The notes under the pieces: model-generated | Database searches by the model: none | Seen by the model: the letters and a program-made list of their open reading frames with translations, nothing else | What the model was told of the DNA's origin: nothing | Part shown: positions 27,201 to 40,804 of the stretch, in pieces | Position numbering within the stretch: the first letter of the stretch is position 1 | How the letters are laid out: every line of letters starts with the position of its first letter | Origin: Haliotis cracherodii | Lineage: Eukaryota | DNA: 64,000 nt | NCBI RefSeq assembly: GCF_022045235.1 | Contig: NW_027266319.1 | Location: 66,154,001-66,218,000 of the forward strand | Direction: 5' to 3' | Made by a program: the position numbers and the translations under genes

Positions 27201-30200
27201 GGTCATCACGCCCTAAAGTACCAGATGGATTAGTTGGCAGTGCTAACGAAGTTGAGATTGTAATTGACGGAGTACCTGCACAAGCATTATTGGATACAGG
27301 AGCTACAGTGTCAATTGTCTCTGAGACATTCTATAAATCCCATTTGCAGCACATTGTGCTTGAGCCTCTTGGTGATATTTTGGATATTGAATGTGCTGGA
27401 GGGGAGTCACTCCCTTATCAAGGATTTATACAGGTCAATGTCACCCTTACAGGTGGGGGTGTCAGCCCTCAAGATCCTGTTTCCTGTTTGCTCCTAGTTG
27501 TTCCTGAAACAAGGTATAATGTTCGAGTCCCTGCTTTGCTGGGTACGAATGTTTTGGAATGTCTTCTTGATGATTGTAGGCAGCTACATGGACCAAGATT
27601 TCTACAGAAGGCAGCTTTACATACCCCTTGGTACTTAGCCTACAGAAGCATTGTACTCCGGGAGAAGGAGTTAGCACGCAATGGATGGTGTCTTGGTCTC
27701 GTCAGAAGTACAGAGACCAAGAATATTACCATTCTTCCCAACAGTAATGTCATAATAAAGGGTCGGATCACAAAGGGATTGACATCACCAGGAATTTGTG
27801 CACTTCTTCAGCCTACTCTCAGGTCATCACTTCCGTCTGACATTGATGTTGCTCCAACACTCATCACTTACAATAGTTCAAGGCCAGAGATTGTTGATGT
27901 ACACATCTCGAATGTAACCACACAGACCTTACGTATACCTCCAAAGGCCGTTCTCTGTGAGGTCCAGCCAGTTACCATACAGGATTCACCCTTATGCCTC
28001 CCTGTTGAAGCAGATGTGTTGACAGATCAGATAGAGATTGATAAGGGAGAATTAACAGAGAAGGAGATCAAACATGGATTGGATGTAATCATGAGATTTC
28101 AGGATATATTTTCAAAGAATGAGGAGGATATTGGGCAGTCTTCTATGGTACATCATCAAATAGAACTCATGGATAACTGACCATTTAAACAGAGGCACCG
28201 CCGCATACCACCTGCCATGTATGAGGAAGTCCGTAGTCACCTGCAACAGCTCTTATCTGCTGGTGTTATTAGAAAGTCACACAGCCCTTGGGCATCGAAC
28301 GTTGTATTGGTTCACAAAAAGGATGGACGACTCAGGATGTGTGTTGATTATCGCCAGCTGAATAATCGTACCATCAAAGACTCGTATGCTTTGCCAAGGA
28401 TTGAAGAGCTCCTAGATTGTCTTGGTGGCATGAAATACTTTTCGGTGTTGGACATGAAAAGCGGATACCACCAGGTTGAAATTGAGGAAGGACACAAGTC
28501 ACGCACAGCATTCACTGTTGGACCGCTAGGATTCTTCGAATACAACAGAATGCCATTTGGGCTATCCAATGCACCAGCTACATATCAGCGACTCATGGAA
28601 GAATGCCTAGAGGGTCTTCATCTCAACATATGCCTGATTTACCTCGATGACCTCATCATATTTTCCAGAACTTATGAGGAACATCTTGAGAGACTACAGC
28701 TCGTTTTTCGTCGTCTCCAAGAATGTGGCTTAAAGCTCGCACCGAAGAAATGTAAATTTTTCAAGCGAAAAGTCAGATATGTAGGGTACATTGTATCTGA
28801 AGCTGGGATTGAAGCTGATCCCGAGAAAGTGAACAAGATCAGAGCTTGGCCTACACCATCTAACCCAAAGGAAATCAGAAGATTCCTTGGATTTGCAGGC
28901 TATTACCGCAAATTCATCAAGGATTTCTCAAAAATCTCAAGGCCTTTATCTGAGCTGATGCCTAAGTCTTCCTCCAAGAAATCTCGAGGACCCTCTAAAG
29001 ATGTAGGCTGGATCTGGGGTCCAAAACAGGATGAGGCTTTCAATGAGTTGAAGCTTCAACTGTGTTCTCCACCTGTACTGGGCTATGCAGACTATGCAAA
29101 GCCCTTCGAACTCCATACTGATGCCAGTACACAGGGATTGGGTGCAGTCTTATACCAACATCAAGATGGCCAGCTTCGAGTCATTGCCTATGCAAGTAGA
29201 GCATTGGGGCGATCTGAGAAGAACTATTCAGCACATAAACTTGAGTTTTTGTGCTTGAAGTGGTCCATCTCAGAAAAGTTCCATGACTATTTGTATGGGC
29301 ATGATTTTGTTGTGGTTACCGATAACAACCCGTTAACCTATGTACTCACCAGTGCTCGTCTTGATGCAACTGGGCATAGGTGGTTGGCTGCACTAGCGAG
29401 CTACAACTTTAGTATCAAGTATCGACCAGGAAAGGCCAACATTGATGCTGATACGTTGTCTCGCTTATCAGATCATCACAATCAAGTTGAAGATGAACAA
29501 ATATCAAAGGATTCCGTGAGAGCCATTTGCAATACTATCCATGTCTCAAGTTTGGTTGAAAGCCTGTGTCTCTCTACGGATGTAGTTGAATCAGATGATG
29601 AGCTGGGAGATGTCCAGTGCGAGCTCAATGCAAGGGAATGGAGGAGAGCTCAAGCCAAAGATTCATCCCTCCGAATAATTATGGAACACTTGAGGAATGG
29701 GACAACTCCGAACCGGATGCACTTCATCGATGACCCTGACATGAAATTGCTATTGAAATGTTTTCACCAATTCCGGATGAAGAGAGGAGTCCTCTACAGA
29801 ATAACAAGCATAGACGGAATGGACCGGGAGCAGTTGGTTCTACCAATGAGATGCCGTGTAGCAGCATTGCGTAGCTTACATGACAACGTTGGACATCCAG
29901 GCAGAGATAGAACTTTATCCCTTTTAAGGGATAGATTCTACTGGCCTGCGATGGCTAGAGATGTAGATGCACACTTGCAAGGATGTGAGCGTTGTCTGCG
30001 TAGGAAGACACCAACCAGCCGAGCACCAATGATAAGTATCCAGACATCAGCACCTTTGGAACTTGTATGTATGGATTTCCTCACATTGGAACCATCAAAA
30101 GGTGGATTGGAGCATGTCCTAGTGGTAACTGACCATTTTACCAGATACGCCCAGGCATATCCGACCAAGAACATGTCAGCCAAAACTACTGCTGAAGTTT

Positions 30201-31525
30201 TCTTTAACAATTTTGTTGTTAACTATGGACTACCAAGACGAATCCATTCAGATCAGGGAGCTAACTTTACAGGTAAATTGATGCAGGAATTGTGCCAGCT
30301 CCTGAAGATTGAGAAGTCACGAACAACACCGTATCATCCCATGGGTAATGGGATGTGCGAGCGTTTCAACCGAACACTCTGTGACATGCTAGGCACTCTG
30401 GATCCTGACCAGAAGAAGAATTGGAAGTCCTATATAGGTCCTTTGGTACATGCCTATAATTGTGTGCGACATGAAACAACGTCAACATCTCCGTTCTTTC
30501 TGATGTTTGGAAGACTTCCAAGATTACCTGTTGATTTGGCCTTTGGATTAGACTTAGAGCCAGAAAAGTCCAGGTCTGTTTCTGAGTACACCAGGTCTCT
30601 CAGAGAACGTTTGAAGCAGGCCTATGAGTTGGCATCAGCAGCAGCAAAGAAGGCCCAGTCCAAACAGAAGGCAGGCTACGACCAGAGAGCTCGGGCTGCA
30701 ACCTTGGAGCTCGGGGACAGGGTCCTTGTTAAGATTGTAGCATTTGACGGGAGACACAAGCTGGCTAACAAATGGGAGGATGATATGTACATTGTTCTCA
30801 GTCAGCCGAATCCATCCATTCCCGTCTTTGTCGTTGGCAAAGAGAATGGTGAGGGAAGGAAGAGGACACTCCACAGAAACCTTCTTTTGCCAGTAGGCTA
30901 CATTCCTACCTTGGAACAACCTGTTCCAACACCCAGAACTGTGGTCCCAACGCCGAGAACTGTGGTCCCAACCCCCAGAAGAGTGGTCCCAACACCACAA
31001 AAACGACTGACATCACCATCCCTGACAGGTACATCAGAGAAATCGCACCAAGATGATGAGAGTTCTTCAGATGATGATCATCCACATGTCTACTCCCATT
31101 CATATCATGCTCCAGTGTTCACTGATTCATCAGTGGACGGGCCAGCTGAAGCACAGACAGCGAGTGTGAGAAATGAAGAGGCTAGTACTGTCCATGATGA
31201 GAGGGAGGAAGGGACGTCTGAAGACTTCAGGCAGCCACATCAGACATCAGCTGCAGGTGGCGATTTCAACAGTGAAGCATCCAATGAAGAGGATCGGCCA
31301 AGACAGAGAGAAACACCAATTCCAGTTCCACAGCGATCGGGCCGAACCCGAACGCAACCGAGGTGGATGCAAAGTGGCGAATATGTTCTCTCTGCAGTAG
31401 CTACTCCAGACTGGTTGGTGAGAGCGGATTATCTGAATTCTCTTGCCACTGAGGCAATGTTTTCTCACCAACCACAAAGGCTAACTGAGGCCATTCTAGA
31501 TGTTGTCACGGGTAAAATGAAATGA
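27158..31525 (+). CDS. pol: Pol polyprotein (PR, RT, RNase H, integrase) with one in-frame TGA at 28178-28180
   Basis: LLDTGA protease, YLDD RT, TDAS RNase H, HHCC and D,D(35)E integrase. ORFs 27095-28180 and 28217-31525 share a frame. PTPRTVV 21-bp repeats near 30925-30998. Confidence 0.95.
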
Positions 31526-31542
31526 TGAGGACATCATTTGTC

Positions 31543-31554
31543 AGGGTGGGGAAG
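31543..31554 (+). promoter_or_regulatory. Polypurine tract
   Basis: AGGGTGGGGAAG just before the 3' LTR. Confidence 0.85.
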
Positions 31555-31556
31555 TG

Positions 31557-32777
31557 TGTGGCAGATATGAATTTCCATGTATATAGGTTGTCATTTCAGG
31601 TTGTTAGAATTGTGATTGTTTATAGTTTTATCGCTAATAGTATCATCTTCAAGCGTTAGCCTATAGTTATTTTTAGATCTTTGTCACGTCTATTACGGGT
31701 ATAAAGGGTGACAGGTTGTGTTGTGTCATTGCCTGTCTTATGTTCTTTGTCTTGCGCGGCCCCTTGTGTGGATTGGCTTGTTTTTAAAATACTAAAAGCT
31801 ACTTGCACGTCAGCCATTGCACTTCACAACAATCAGAGCACGTCTGCGATCGCATCTCCGAGCACTTAGGACTAAACAACAAATCTAAAGGTTAGTATAA
31901 TGTTTTAAGGATTGTATATATGTTATGTACTTAGTAGTAATGGTATTGGTATAAATTGATTATCCTAGTGCATCATAATGTTTGCTAAAATGTATAATCG
32001 TGTAGTTGTGTATATTTTGTACAATGGCGTTTACACCTAAGTTTAATACTGTTCAGCATTATTAACATAACGCCTATGCTTTAAAATGTTAGTTAAGGTG
32101 TATAAATAGTTGAATGAAAGAATGAGTTAATGAACGTATGATATGACCTGATATATCATATACTTTATCGTCATTAAGTTTATTAGTAATTTATACGACA
32201 CCACATTCAATTGTATTTCTATATATGTGCGCATTTAGAATATTCTGAATGTGGTTTGTTTATTTTTATAGCAGCGCTATATTCCTCCAGAGGACGTGAA
32301 ATATCTACACCCCAGTGTCACCCACAGGGTACAAAACTTATTATTGTGTGCCTATATTGCAATTGTATAAGAAACGTAGTTTCTCTATATTTAGCATTCA
32401 ATTTGTTTAACGTTCATCGCAACCTGTACGTTAGTATGACGTATTTGTCTTGTGTTCGTCGTATCAAAGAGTTATCGTTCTTGCATGGTTGCCTCGACGA
32501 AATGTGTTAATGATAATGTCATTACTTCTGTATAGTATTATTTATTGCGGATGTGTTCTGAGGAACGATATTATAATTATTCCTATTGTAATATAAATGA
32601 TTTGTGATATTAATTTGTTGTATTTAATTACATATGTGTACATGTTTATCCTGAATTGGTGTGTATTCCCTATACATGTGTTTCAGGGTGTCTGTCTGTC
32701 AACATACAAAGAAAATAAAGTCTCACACCCGTAGCCTGTGTCTGGTCTTCCTATATACCTACACGATCCCGGTTACA
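31557..32777 (+). repeat. 3' LTR
   Basis: Near-identical to 23381-24601. Confidence 0.97.
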
Positions 32778-33072
32778 CATACACACACGCATGTACACAC
32801 AACCATACAGACTTACATACACGAATGAACACATACCCATACACACATACCCATACACTTACATACACGCACCTACACGTACACATACACACATACATAC
32901 ACGCATGTACACATACCCATACACACGCACCTACACGTTAACATACACACATACATACACGCACGTACACATACCTATACAAACTTACATACACACATGT
33001 ACACACACCCATACACAAAGACACGCATGTACACATAACCATACACACGTACATACACGCATGCACACACAC
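32778..33072. repeat. 34-bp minisatellite segment
   Basis: Continues the array across the Gypsy insertion. Confidence 0.9.
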
Positions 33073-36000
33073 AAAGAAACATACAATTTGACGGTGAATG
33101 GGAGAGGGCTTTCAAGGGGGCTTCACCTCGATTTAAAAGAAAAAGACTTGTACTGTCAAACATCAAAGCTGATATGCCTTTTGACGTAGTTCGTGATGCT
33201 ATTGTAGCATACGCCAAGAAACAAGATGTCTATGTGAGCATGGTCAGACTTTTGAAACACTGGACCGGTATGTACCCAACATATACACTGCGGATCAACA
33301 TTGACACTGGATCAGCACATAAAGTTCTTGAAAATTGAACATTTCTGGCCAGAGAATGTCAAATGCCGCGACTGGGTGTCCTGGCCGCGGCGAGATGCTG
33401 GAAAAAAGTAACCATAAACATGTTTAGGTTGCTCCTAATACTGTTCATGCTGAACATCGGCACTTGGAATACCAGAGGTGCACTGTACAGTACCTTGAAA
33501 ACATAGCTAACAAACAGTGTTAACTGTTTCTGAACACTGGTTGACCAAAAGAACTGAGACATTTTTCGACTCGATTGTTCGTCATATGACGCCGTGGTAA
33601 AAATCAAAGAAAACCAGAGAGGATACAGAGGCGAAGGTGGAGTTGCTATTTTAGTTAAAAAGGACTCGTTCAGTGATATGCAGACTTACGTCCCTGAGTA
33701 TGACGGAGTAGTTGCTGTAAGGCTATCTAGACCCAACTATGTTGACCAATCTGTGGTCTATACACTCCTTCCCTCTACCAATAAGGATGTGTGTGCCTAT
33801 CAAGAACCATTGAAGAAAACATTCGAGGTTGTTGATGAACTCTCACAAACCAGTCATACTATCCTGTGCGGCGACTCCAACACAGACATAACCAATAATC
33901 AAAACTCGCATCGATCACGCCTACTCAAAGAGTATCTGTCTGTGCAGAATATGGTATCTTCCTATGACAGCGGTAAAGTAGTAGGCCAACTAATGACATG
34001 GAGGAACAAGAATTTCACACAATCGTCCGTAATTGACTATGTATTTGTACCTCAACATCTACAACTATCTGTCAACAAGACACGTATATATGATTCAACT
34101 CCTTTCGATGTGTCTGATCACTTCCCTGTTATAGTGTCCATACATGATGACAAGCTAAACAGCACTACATGTAAAGCGGACATGCCGTCGACTCCATACA
34201 AATGGACAAAAGCTAGTCACTTAGAACTAAGTATGTATGAAGCCAAAGTTCACAGATTGCTTGGTGATGTAATGCTTGACACTGGGAATATAGGAGCTGA
34301 TGTAATAGAGAGTTATTTTGACTCGATTGTCAGCGCACTAAAGACGTCTGCTGCTAAGTTCATACCACGTGGACACTATAGAGCTCACCTGAAACCGTAC
34401 TGGAAGAGTTCAAATCTTGACCTCTATCATTACAAGATGCGCCAGGCGAAAAGATTGTGGTCAGCAGAAGACAGGCCTCGGGGTGCCGGCAACGACTCGT
34501 ATACCCTAAACAAACAGGCTAAATGTGACTTCCGACGTTGCAAAAGACAGGCTGAGAGACAATGGAATAAAGAAAAATATACTGAAATAAACTCAGCATG
34601 TGAAGTAGATATTGCTGAATTCTACAGGATTGTAAAGAAACAAAGACAATCTAAGACTGTAAATACACACCTTAGGTACAAAGAACGCTGTTGCAATACA
34701 CCATCAGAGGTGTGAAACTTGTGGACAGACTACTATGCATGTGAAGTAGATATTGCTGAATTCTACAGGATTGTAAAGAAACAAAGACAATCTAAAACTG
34801 TAAATACACACCTTAGGTACAAAGAACGCTGTTGCAATACACCATCAGAGGTGTGAAACTTGTGGACAGACTACTATGCAGATTTATTATCACCTCTTGA
34901 CCGGCCAGAGTTTGACAACGACTTTCGTATTGAGACGGACTCTAGAATAAACAACATCTCAAAGATACCACTTCTGGACGATGATCCTATACTGAAGAGA
35001 GACATAGAAATACACGAACTAAAACGACTGAAACAAAGCTTAAAAATGAGAAAATCACCAGGACCGGACCAAATCACAAATGCACATATCTATTTCGCTG
35101 GAGATATGCTTCTAAAACACTTAACCCAGCTGTTTAACATGATGATACGAACATGCTACAGCCCTGCACTGTTGAGATCTGGAACAATTATTCCAATATA
35201 TAAAGGAAACAATAAGGACAGATTGGATCCTGCAAATAACAGAGGTATCACTCTGACGTCCGTGGTGGGAAAACTGTTCGAAAAGATCCTATTAGAGAGA
35301 ATTGAGAAATATATCAAATATGTGGAGCCCGACTTCCCACATAGATTACAATGTGGCTTCAGTCGAGAACATGGTGCAAACATAGCTACCTACATACTCA
35401 AAGAAGTCATATCTTTCTACACGGAAAGGTCTTCCAATGTATTCACTGTGTTTCTTGATAATGAGAAAGCGTTTGATCGCATTTGGCACAATGGACTACT
35501 CCTAAAATTATTCATCCTTGGTGTGCAAGGGAAAGCCTGGCATATCATACGTCAGTCGTATCACGAATCTACTGCATATGTCAAATATGCCGGTGAGACA
35601 AGTCGAACGTTCCCAATCGGACAAGGTGTAGGACAAGGACATGTTTTATCCGCCTGGATGTTCCTTGTGTATATCAATGAGCTTATAATCCGCCTTGACC
35701 ATTTGAAACAAGGTCTTATGCTTGGACGTGATCACTTCCCAGTTGTCCTACTCGCGGATGACACAACTCTCATAAGCTCAACAAGTAGTGGCCTATGCAT
35801 GTCCTTACAGACTGTACATCAATATGCTTGCCAATGGAGATTGACATATAATGCAAGCAAAAGCTGTGTTCTGGTGTTTACAGGTGGAAACAAAATCAAC
35901 CAACCATATTCTTTTAGACTAGGTAACCATATACTGAAAATGAAATCGAACACAATATATGCAGGTTCTATTATCAGTACTTATTTAAAATCCGCAAGGA

Positions 36001-36771
36001 CCAGGAGACTTGCGCCAAGGCGAGGAAGATTTTGAATTCCCTGAGAGACATTGGACTAAGAGCAGGTGGTCTGAACCCAGTCTGCTTTATGAACATATGG
36101 CGCAGAGTAAAAAATTCCAGGTGCCTTCTTCGCGTGTGAACTGTGGTCAAATATGTCCAAGACAGAACACAATGAAATTGAAAAACTCCAGCGCTACTTT
36201 GCACGTAATGTACAAAATTTGTAAGATCTCCGACCGTTGCAACTATTCAGACGCTGGGATTGTGGACAATGACATCTGTGATTGACAAAATGAAGCTGAT
36301 GTTCCTTGGGAGGATGTGTAGAAGCAACCACAGATATGCCCCGAAAAAGGTGTTCTATTTCAAGTGTGCTCAATATATAACAGGCAGTGACAAAAGTAAG
36401 TCTGTAACACATGATCTACTCAATGTGGCAAAGAAATATGAATTATGGACCATCTGCGAGATCACCCTGAATTAAACAGATTTATTAAAATTCACAGTAA
36501 GCTTGTACCTCATAGACTGTGTAATATGTGTATTCTGTACAATATACCAACTAGACCAATGTATGCACTTGTGAAGCTAGGAACACTACCAATAACAACC
36601 GGTCAGTGTTTAATGTGTGATGAGGAGTGCGATGACATAATAAAGCACCAACTGCTATGTTGTACAGCTTTAGCTGATGCAAGAACACCCCCTATGAACA
36701 TCTATTTGGCTCTTTAAACCTCGAACAATACATGCGTATTGAGGACTGTGCAGATGACGAAGTCAAACTTG
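33073..36771 (+). mobile_element. LINE-B 5' part: end of ORF1 plus APE-RT ORF2 (same clade as LINE-A), disrupted
   Basis: ORF1 end FWPENVKCRDW; ORF2 has GTWNTRG, GDSN, IDY, SDH, DNEKAFD, QGVGQG and LADD; stops and frameshifts. It breaks after ...DDEVKL. Confidence 0.92.
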
Positions 36772-37429
36772 CACAAGAAAAAATACCCATATATACAAAA
36801 TATACAATTTTGTATATTTGATATTTCCAAAATATACAATTTTGTATAGTTGGTATTTCCAAAACTATACAATTTTGTATATATGGTTAGATTTTACCAC
36901 TGCTTCATTCAATTTCATCACCCCCTTATAGAAGGTTTCACATAATATGTGGTTGCAAAGTTTACTAATGATACCGAACAGTATTATTATTGCATGTGAC
37001 AATAATGCTTTAATACTATTTTCATTATGACAACTATATGATGTTATGACATAATTTGTATTTCGTTATGTTTTACATAAGAAATAGAACATTTGTACAG
37101 ATCTTAATAACAGTTTGATCAATATAAAATGCGTACGCCAGCAACAAGTAGTTGAAAGTAGTTTTAAACATTAAACAGATGCTCGTCAACCCGTAGTCCC
37201 AGATAACGATATGATTCTACATAGACCAGTGTTTGCCCAGCGTAGAGGAATCTGGTTAATCTGTATCACTTAACGAGTTTGAATAGCTTACTCTGCCCAC
37301 AGTCGAGAGCAGCACAGTAATTAGTAGTTTAGACCAGGCGAATACACTGGTCACACTTGACTGGTCTGTCTGTTGATTCGGTCACCTGCCAAATGGGGTG
37401 TCTGACAATTGGGTGTGAACCTTACAGAG

Positions 37430-39170
37430 GAAGTTATTTTATGAATGCGTCACGTGTTTCAAAAGAGATGACCATTATCTAAGTAAAATACTTCTAAGAT
37501 CATAAAGGACATAACATTTAATAAAGTGAAATTCATTTTCGACAAACTTTTATGAACAAATTTAAAACAGTGCGGGCAGATTCTATTTTCTAAAAGGTTT
37601 GGGGGGTTGTAAATCGTCCTGTTTCGATCCAGATCTAAAACTAGCTAAAATGCGACGGTGGTCCCTGTATTTAAAACATAAGGAGCAACAACGTTACGAT
37701 CATGAAAGTTCTTAATGTATTGCCCTTAACGTTATGTTTATCGTTCCAAAGCTGTTCTCCAGCTCAGTTCATCTTTGTTTACGAGAACATTTTTAATATG
37801 GGCAATTTTCTTCTTTCGGGACATTGGAGCAGTCATAATATTCATAACATCATAAATATTAAGATTACAGGCAATTTTAACAACAACTTTAGTACTCCAT
37901 AAACTTTTACATAGTAACCATTTTCTTCATCAAAGCGTTACAAGTACTGTTATTAAATCTTGGGGTAGTCTAAAAACATTAGCATGTAATGTAACAAACG
38001 GGGAGGAGAGACCCATGTCTCCATTATTGGCTATACTGGAGGTACCGTTACTAACACCAAGAAATAATTTACAGGCTCTATTTTGGATTAGATTAACGTT
38101 TTATCCTCATATACCAGAGCCATAGAACATTACCGGCTGAACAAGACTTTCATACAGTTTCATAAAAACATCATAAGACATACACCCAACAGAATAAAAC
38201 AAAGACAAAGCATGGCTGACAGAATTGTACAACTCTTTCACAGTTTCACATATCTCGATGCTCGTCAACCCGTAGTCCCAGAAAACGATATGATTCTACA
38301 TAGACCAGTGTTTGCCCAGCGTAGAGGAATGAAACCGATGATCTCGGTTGTGATTTCTAAAATGAATTACGTTTGTCTTATTCATATTCACTGACAGTTG
38401 CCAACGTGTTGATCATTCATGCAGTACATTAAGCATGGATTGTAATCAACATTCATTGGGGGCAGTTAATGCAATATCGTCAGCATACATTAAAATGGAG
38501 AGCATAGTCTCATCAACAAGTACGCCACAATTGAGATTGTTAATAGCCAGGTCGTTAACATACACAGAAAATATAGCTGGGGATAATTTACAGCCTTGCC
38601 CTACACAATGTTAAACAGTAAAACGTACTGTAAGAAAGAAATTCTCCTACACGTGCAGTAGAATTGACATCGACATACAATCGACTTGATAGCATTCAAT
38701 ATCTTTCCTCGAACTCCAATATTCCTCAGCTTCGCTATAAACGGTGTCGAAGGTTTTTTTTACATCAACAAATGTAACAAAGGTTGATTGTTTTGTTTTT
38801 TTCTATGCTGAACTAAAGACGTTTAAACCTATAAATGATCAATACAGTCTCATTTGGATCTAAAATCATTTTGCTTATCAGCTATGATATTGTCCTTTTC
38901 AAGCCACTTAGTCTTTAATTGAGTACATAAGCATATACTTGTTAGGAATAGATGTTACAATGATACCAAAGGGTTTCTAAAATCCTTCATACCGCTCTTA
39001 GGAATAGGATGGATATATCGCTGTTCCACATAGCTGGTACAGTTCCATTTACAAAGCAATAGTTAATAATTCTGTGCGACAAATCAACTGAACTTACATT
39101 TTTTTAACACTTCTGCAGGAATATCATCCACACCTGTAGCCTTTCCATTCTTAAGTCTAAAGACTAAAGA
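37430..39170 (-). pseudogene. Old degraded LINE ORF2 (L2/CR1 group) inside the CMC-like element
   Basis: GKATGVDDIPAEVLK, LMYADDIAL (38476-38487), YRYLG-type motif, KLYESLVQPVMFYGSG, VENEFHF. Confidence 0.8.
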
Positions 39171-40804
39171 CTAATGTGATGTCTGGGAGTGAACCTTACA
39201 TGTTTATCATTTATCACACCCATTTCTTGAACTAGCTACTCCGAATTGAGCCATAATTCATTCACCACAGTCCTAAGGGGAAATTCAAACATATCCACCT
39301 ATAATTCACGACTACTGCAATCTTGTCAAATAACATGTGCTTGACATCAGGTCGATTTTATTAATATCTTGTAATGACTGTTGGAATATTATCTATGCAT
39401 TATCCTGTCTAAAAATCTAGATATATTTACAATATCATGTATGCATTTTTGAATCATTGTATTCCGGAGTGGTCTTCATATAAACTTCTTGACCAATCCG
39501 CTTCATGTACATTTTCAGAAAAACAGAACATAACATGGGAATACCGTTCGAATTGAGCCTCGCTCAATTTCCCTGTGCGCTGTGATTTTTTATTTATTTT
39601 TTTTAAATGAAAATTTTACAGGGACTAGCTGTGCTACCACAATACTTGTGTTAATTAATATTGATAACATTGAATGTTAAACCATTTTTACAGTTTTGTC
39701 TAATTTTAGCGATAATGAAAACTGAGTAGAGATAAGATATATTGATGAACAACGTCTTTATTACAGTTAGGAGCGACGCTTAGGTGTATGTTGTAACACC
39801 ATTATCAAGCAAGTGATGTTGTTCATCCACAGATCTTATCCTCTCTCAATACTCCAACTTCTAAATTCCTCGCAAAGAAGATAATGATACTTGTTTTGAA
39901 TCTTGCCATCGTACAAAATGTTCTTCGCACAGTATTCAAGAAACAATGTAATATTAATATCATATTACGCTATCAATATATGTTGTGCAATATTTGAGAG
40001 GTTGGCGCCTGTCGGGACGGTGTGAGATGCTAAAACTGTTCTTGTATAGTCTAGTATCCTTTGGCTAGAGACAGCTACCACTGTTTATTCCCATTCAAGT
40101 TGCTAACGGTGTTTCATCTAAACAATATTATGGGAACGGAAATTAAAACATTACTTCATTCGTTATGCTACCATTTTTGAATATATGTTCATGAGATTAA
40201 TCTGTTCATTTTTCCGTATTTTTATTACGGAACTTATAGCTTTGTGTGGCATAAACGATCAAATAGTAAGATGACTACAATTAAAGGGCATTAATAACGA
40301 GAGGCTGTTCACATATATGTACATCATCACGCGAATCATTTCTGATTTTACTCGACGTAATAGCTAGAAACGTTACCTACTTCCGGCACAGCAGTTCTAG
40401 ATGTTAGCGCTATCTAGATTGGGTCCCTGACACATGCAGCTCTATTTGATGGGTGTATTGTACTTATTAAGCTGAACTTTTATAAATCTATTTTTTGCAA
40501 ATATATACTAGTCACTCCAACTAATCATTGTTACTAAAATATATAGGATTGTTGTCGATAACGTGTCCATTCGTATGTCTGTTTTACGTCTGTTCTACTA
40601 ATTATTGACACTAAGAAACTCGTACAATTTTTTAAATCATTACTAAACGTGTTGTACTTGTATACATCTTAATTGAAAAGTGGGAGAAAAGTTGCTTACT
40701 GTATTTTGCCGCCTTTGATGGTTCTGATGATCAAGATAACAACGTCAAAATCTAAGTATTCAGGAGTCGATGAGGATTCAGGAGTTTTTGAATTGATGCA
40801 GAAT

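Larger units (their letters stand above)
23381..32777 (+). mobile_element. Full-length Ty3/Gypsy LTR retrotransposon
   Basis: Two 1221-bp TG...CA LTRs (23381-24601, 31557-32777), 4-bp TSD CATA, PBS, PPT, gag and pol in PR-RT-RH-IN order. Confidence 0.98.

Noticed and set aside
37178-38330. 74-bp direct repeats as a long TSD around a 1-kb insertion
   Set aside because: The enclosed DNA is the collinear continuation of the old LINE; 37178-37251 is only a displaced duplicate of its RT YLG segment.
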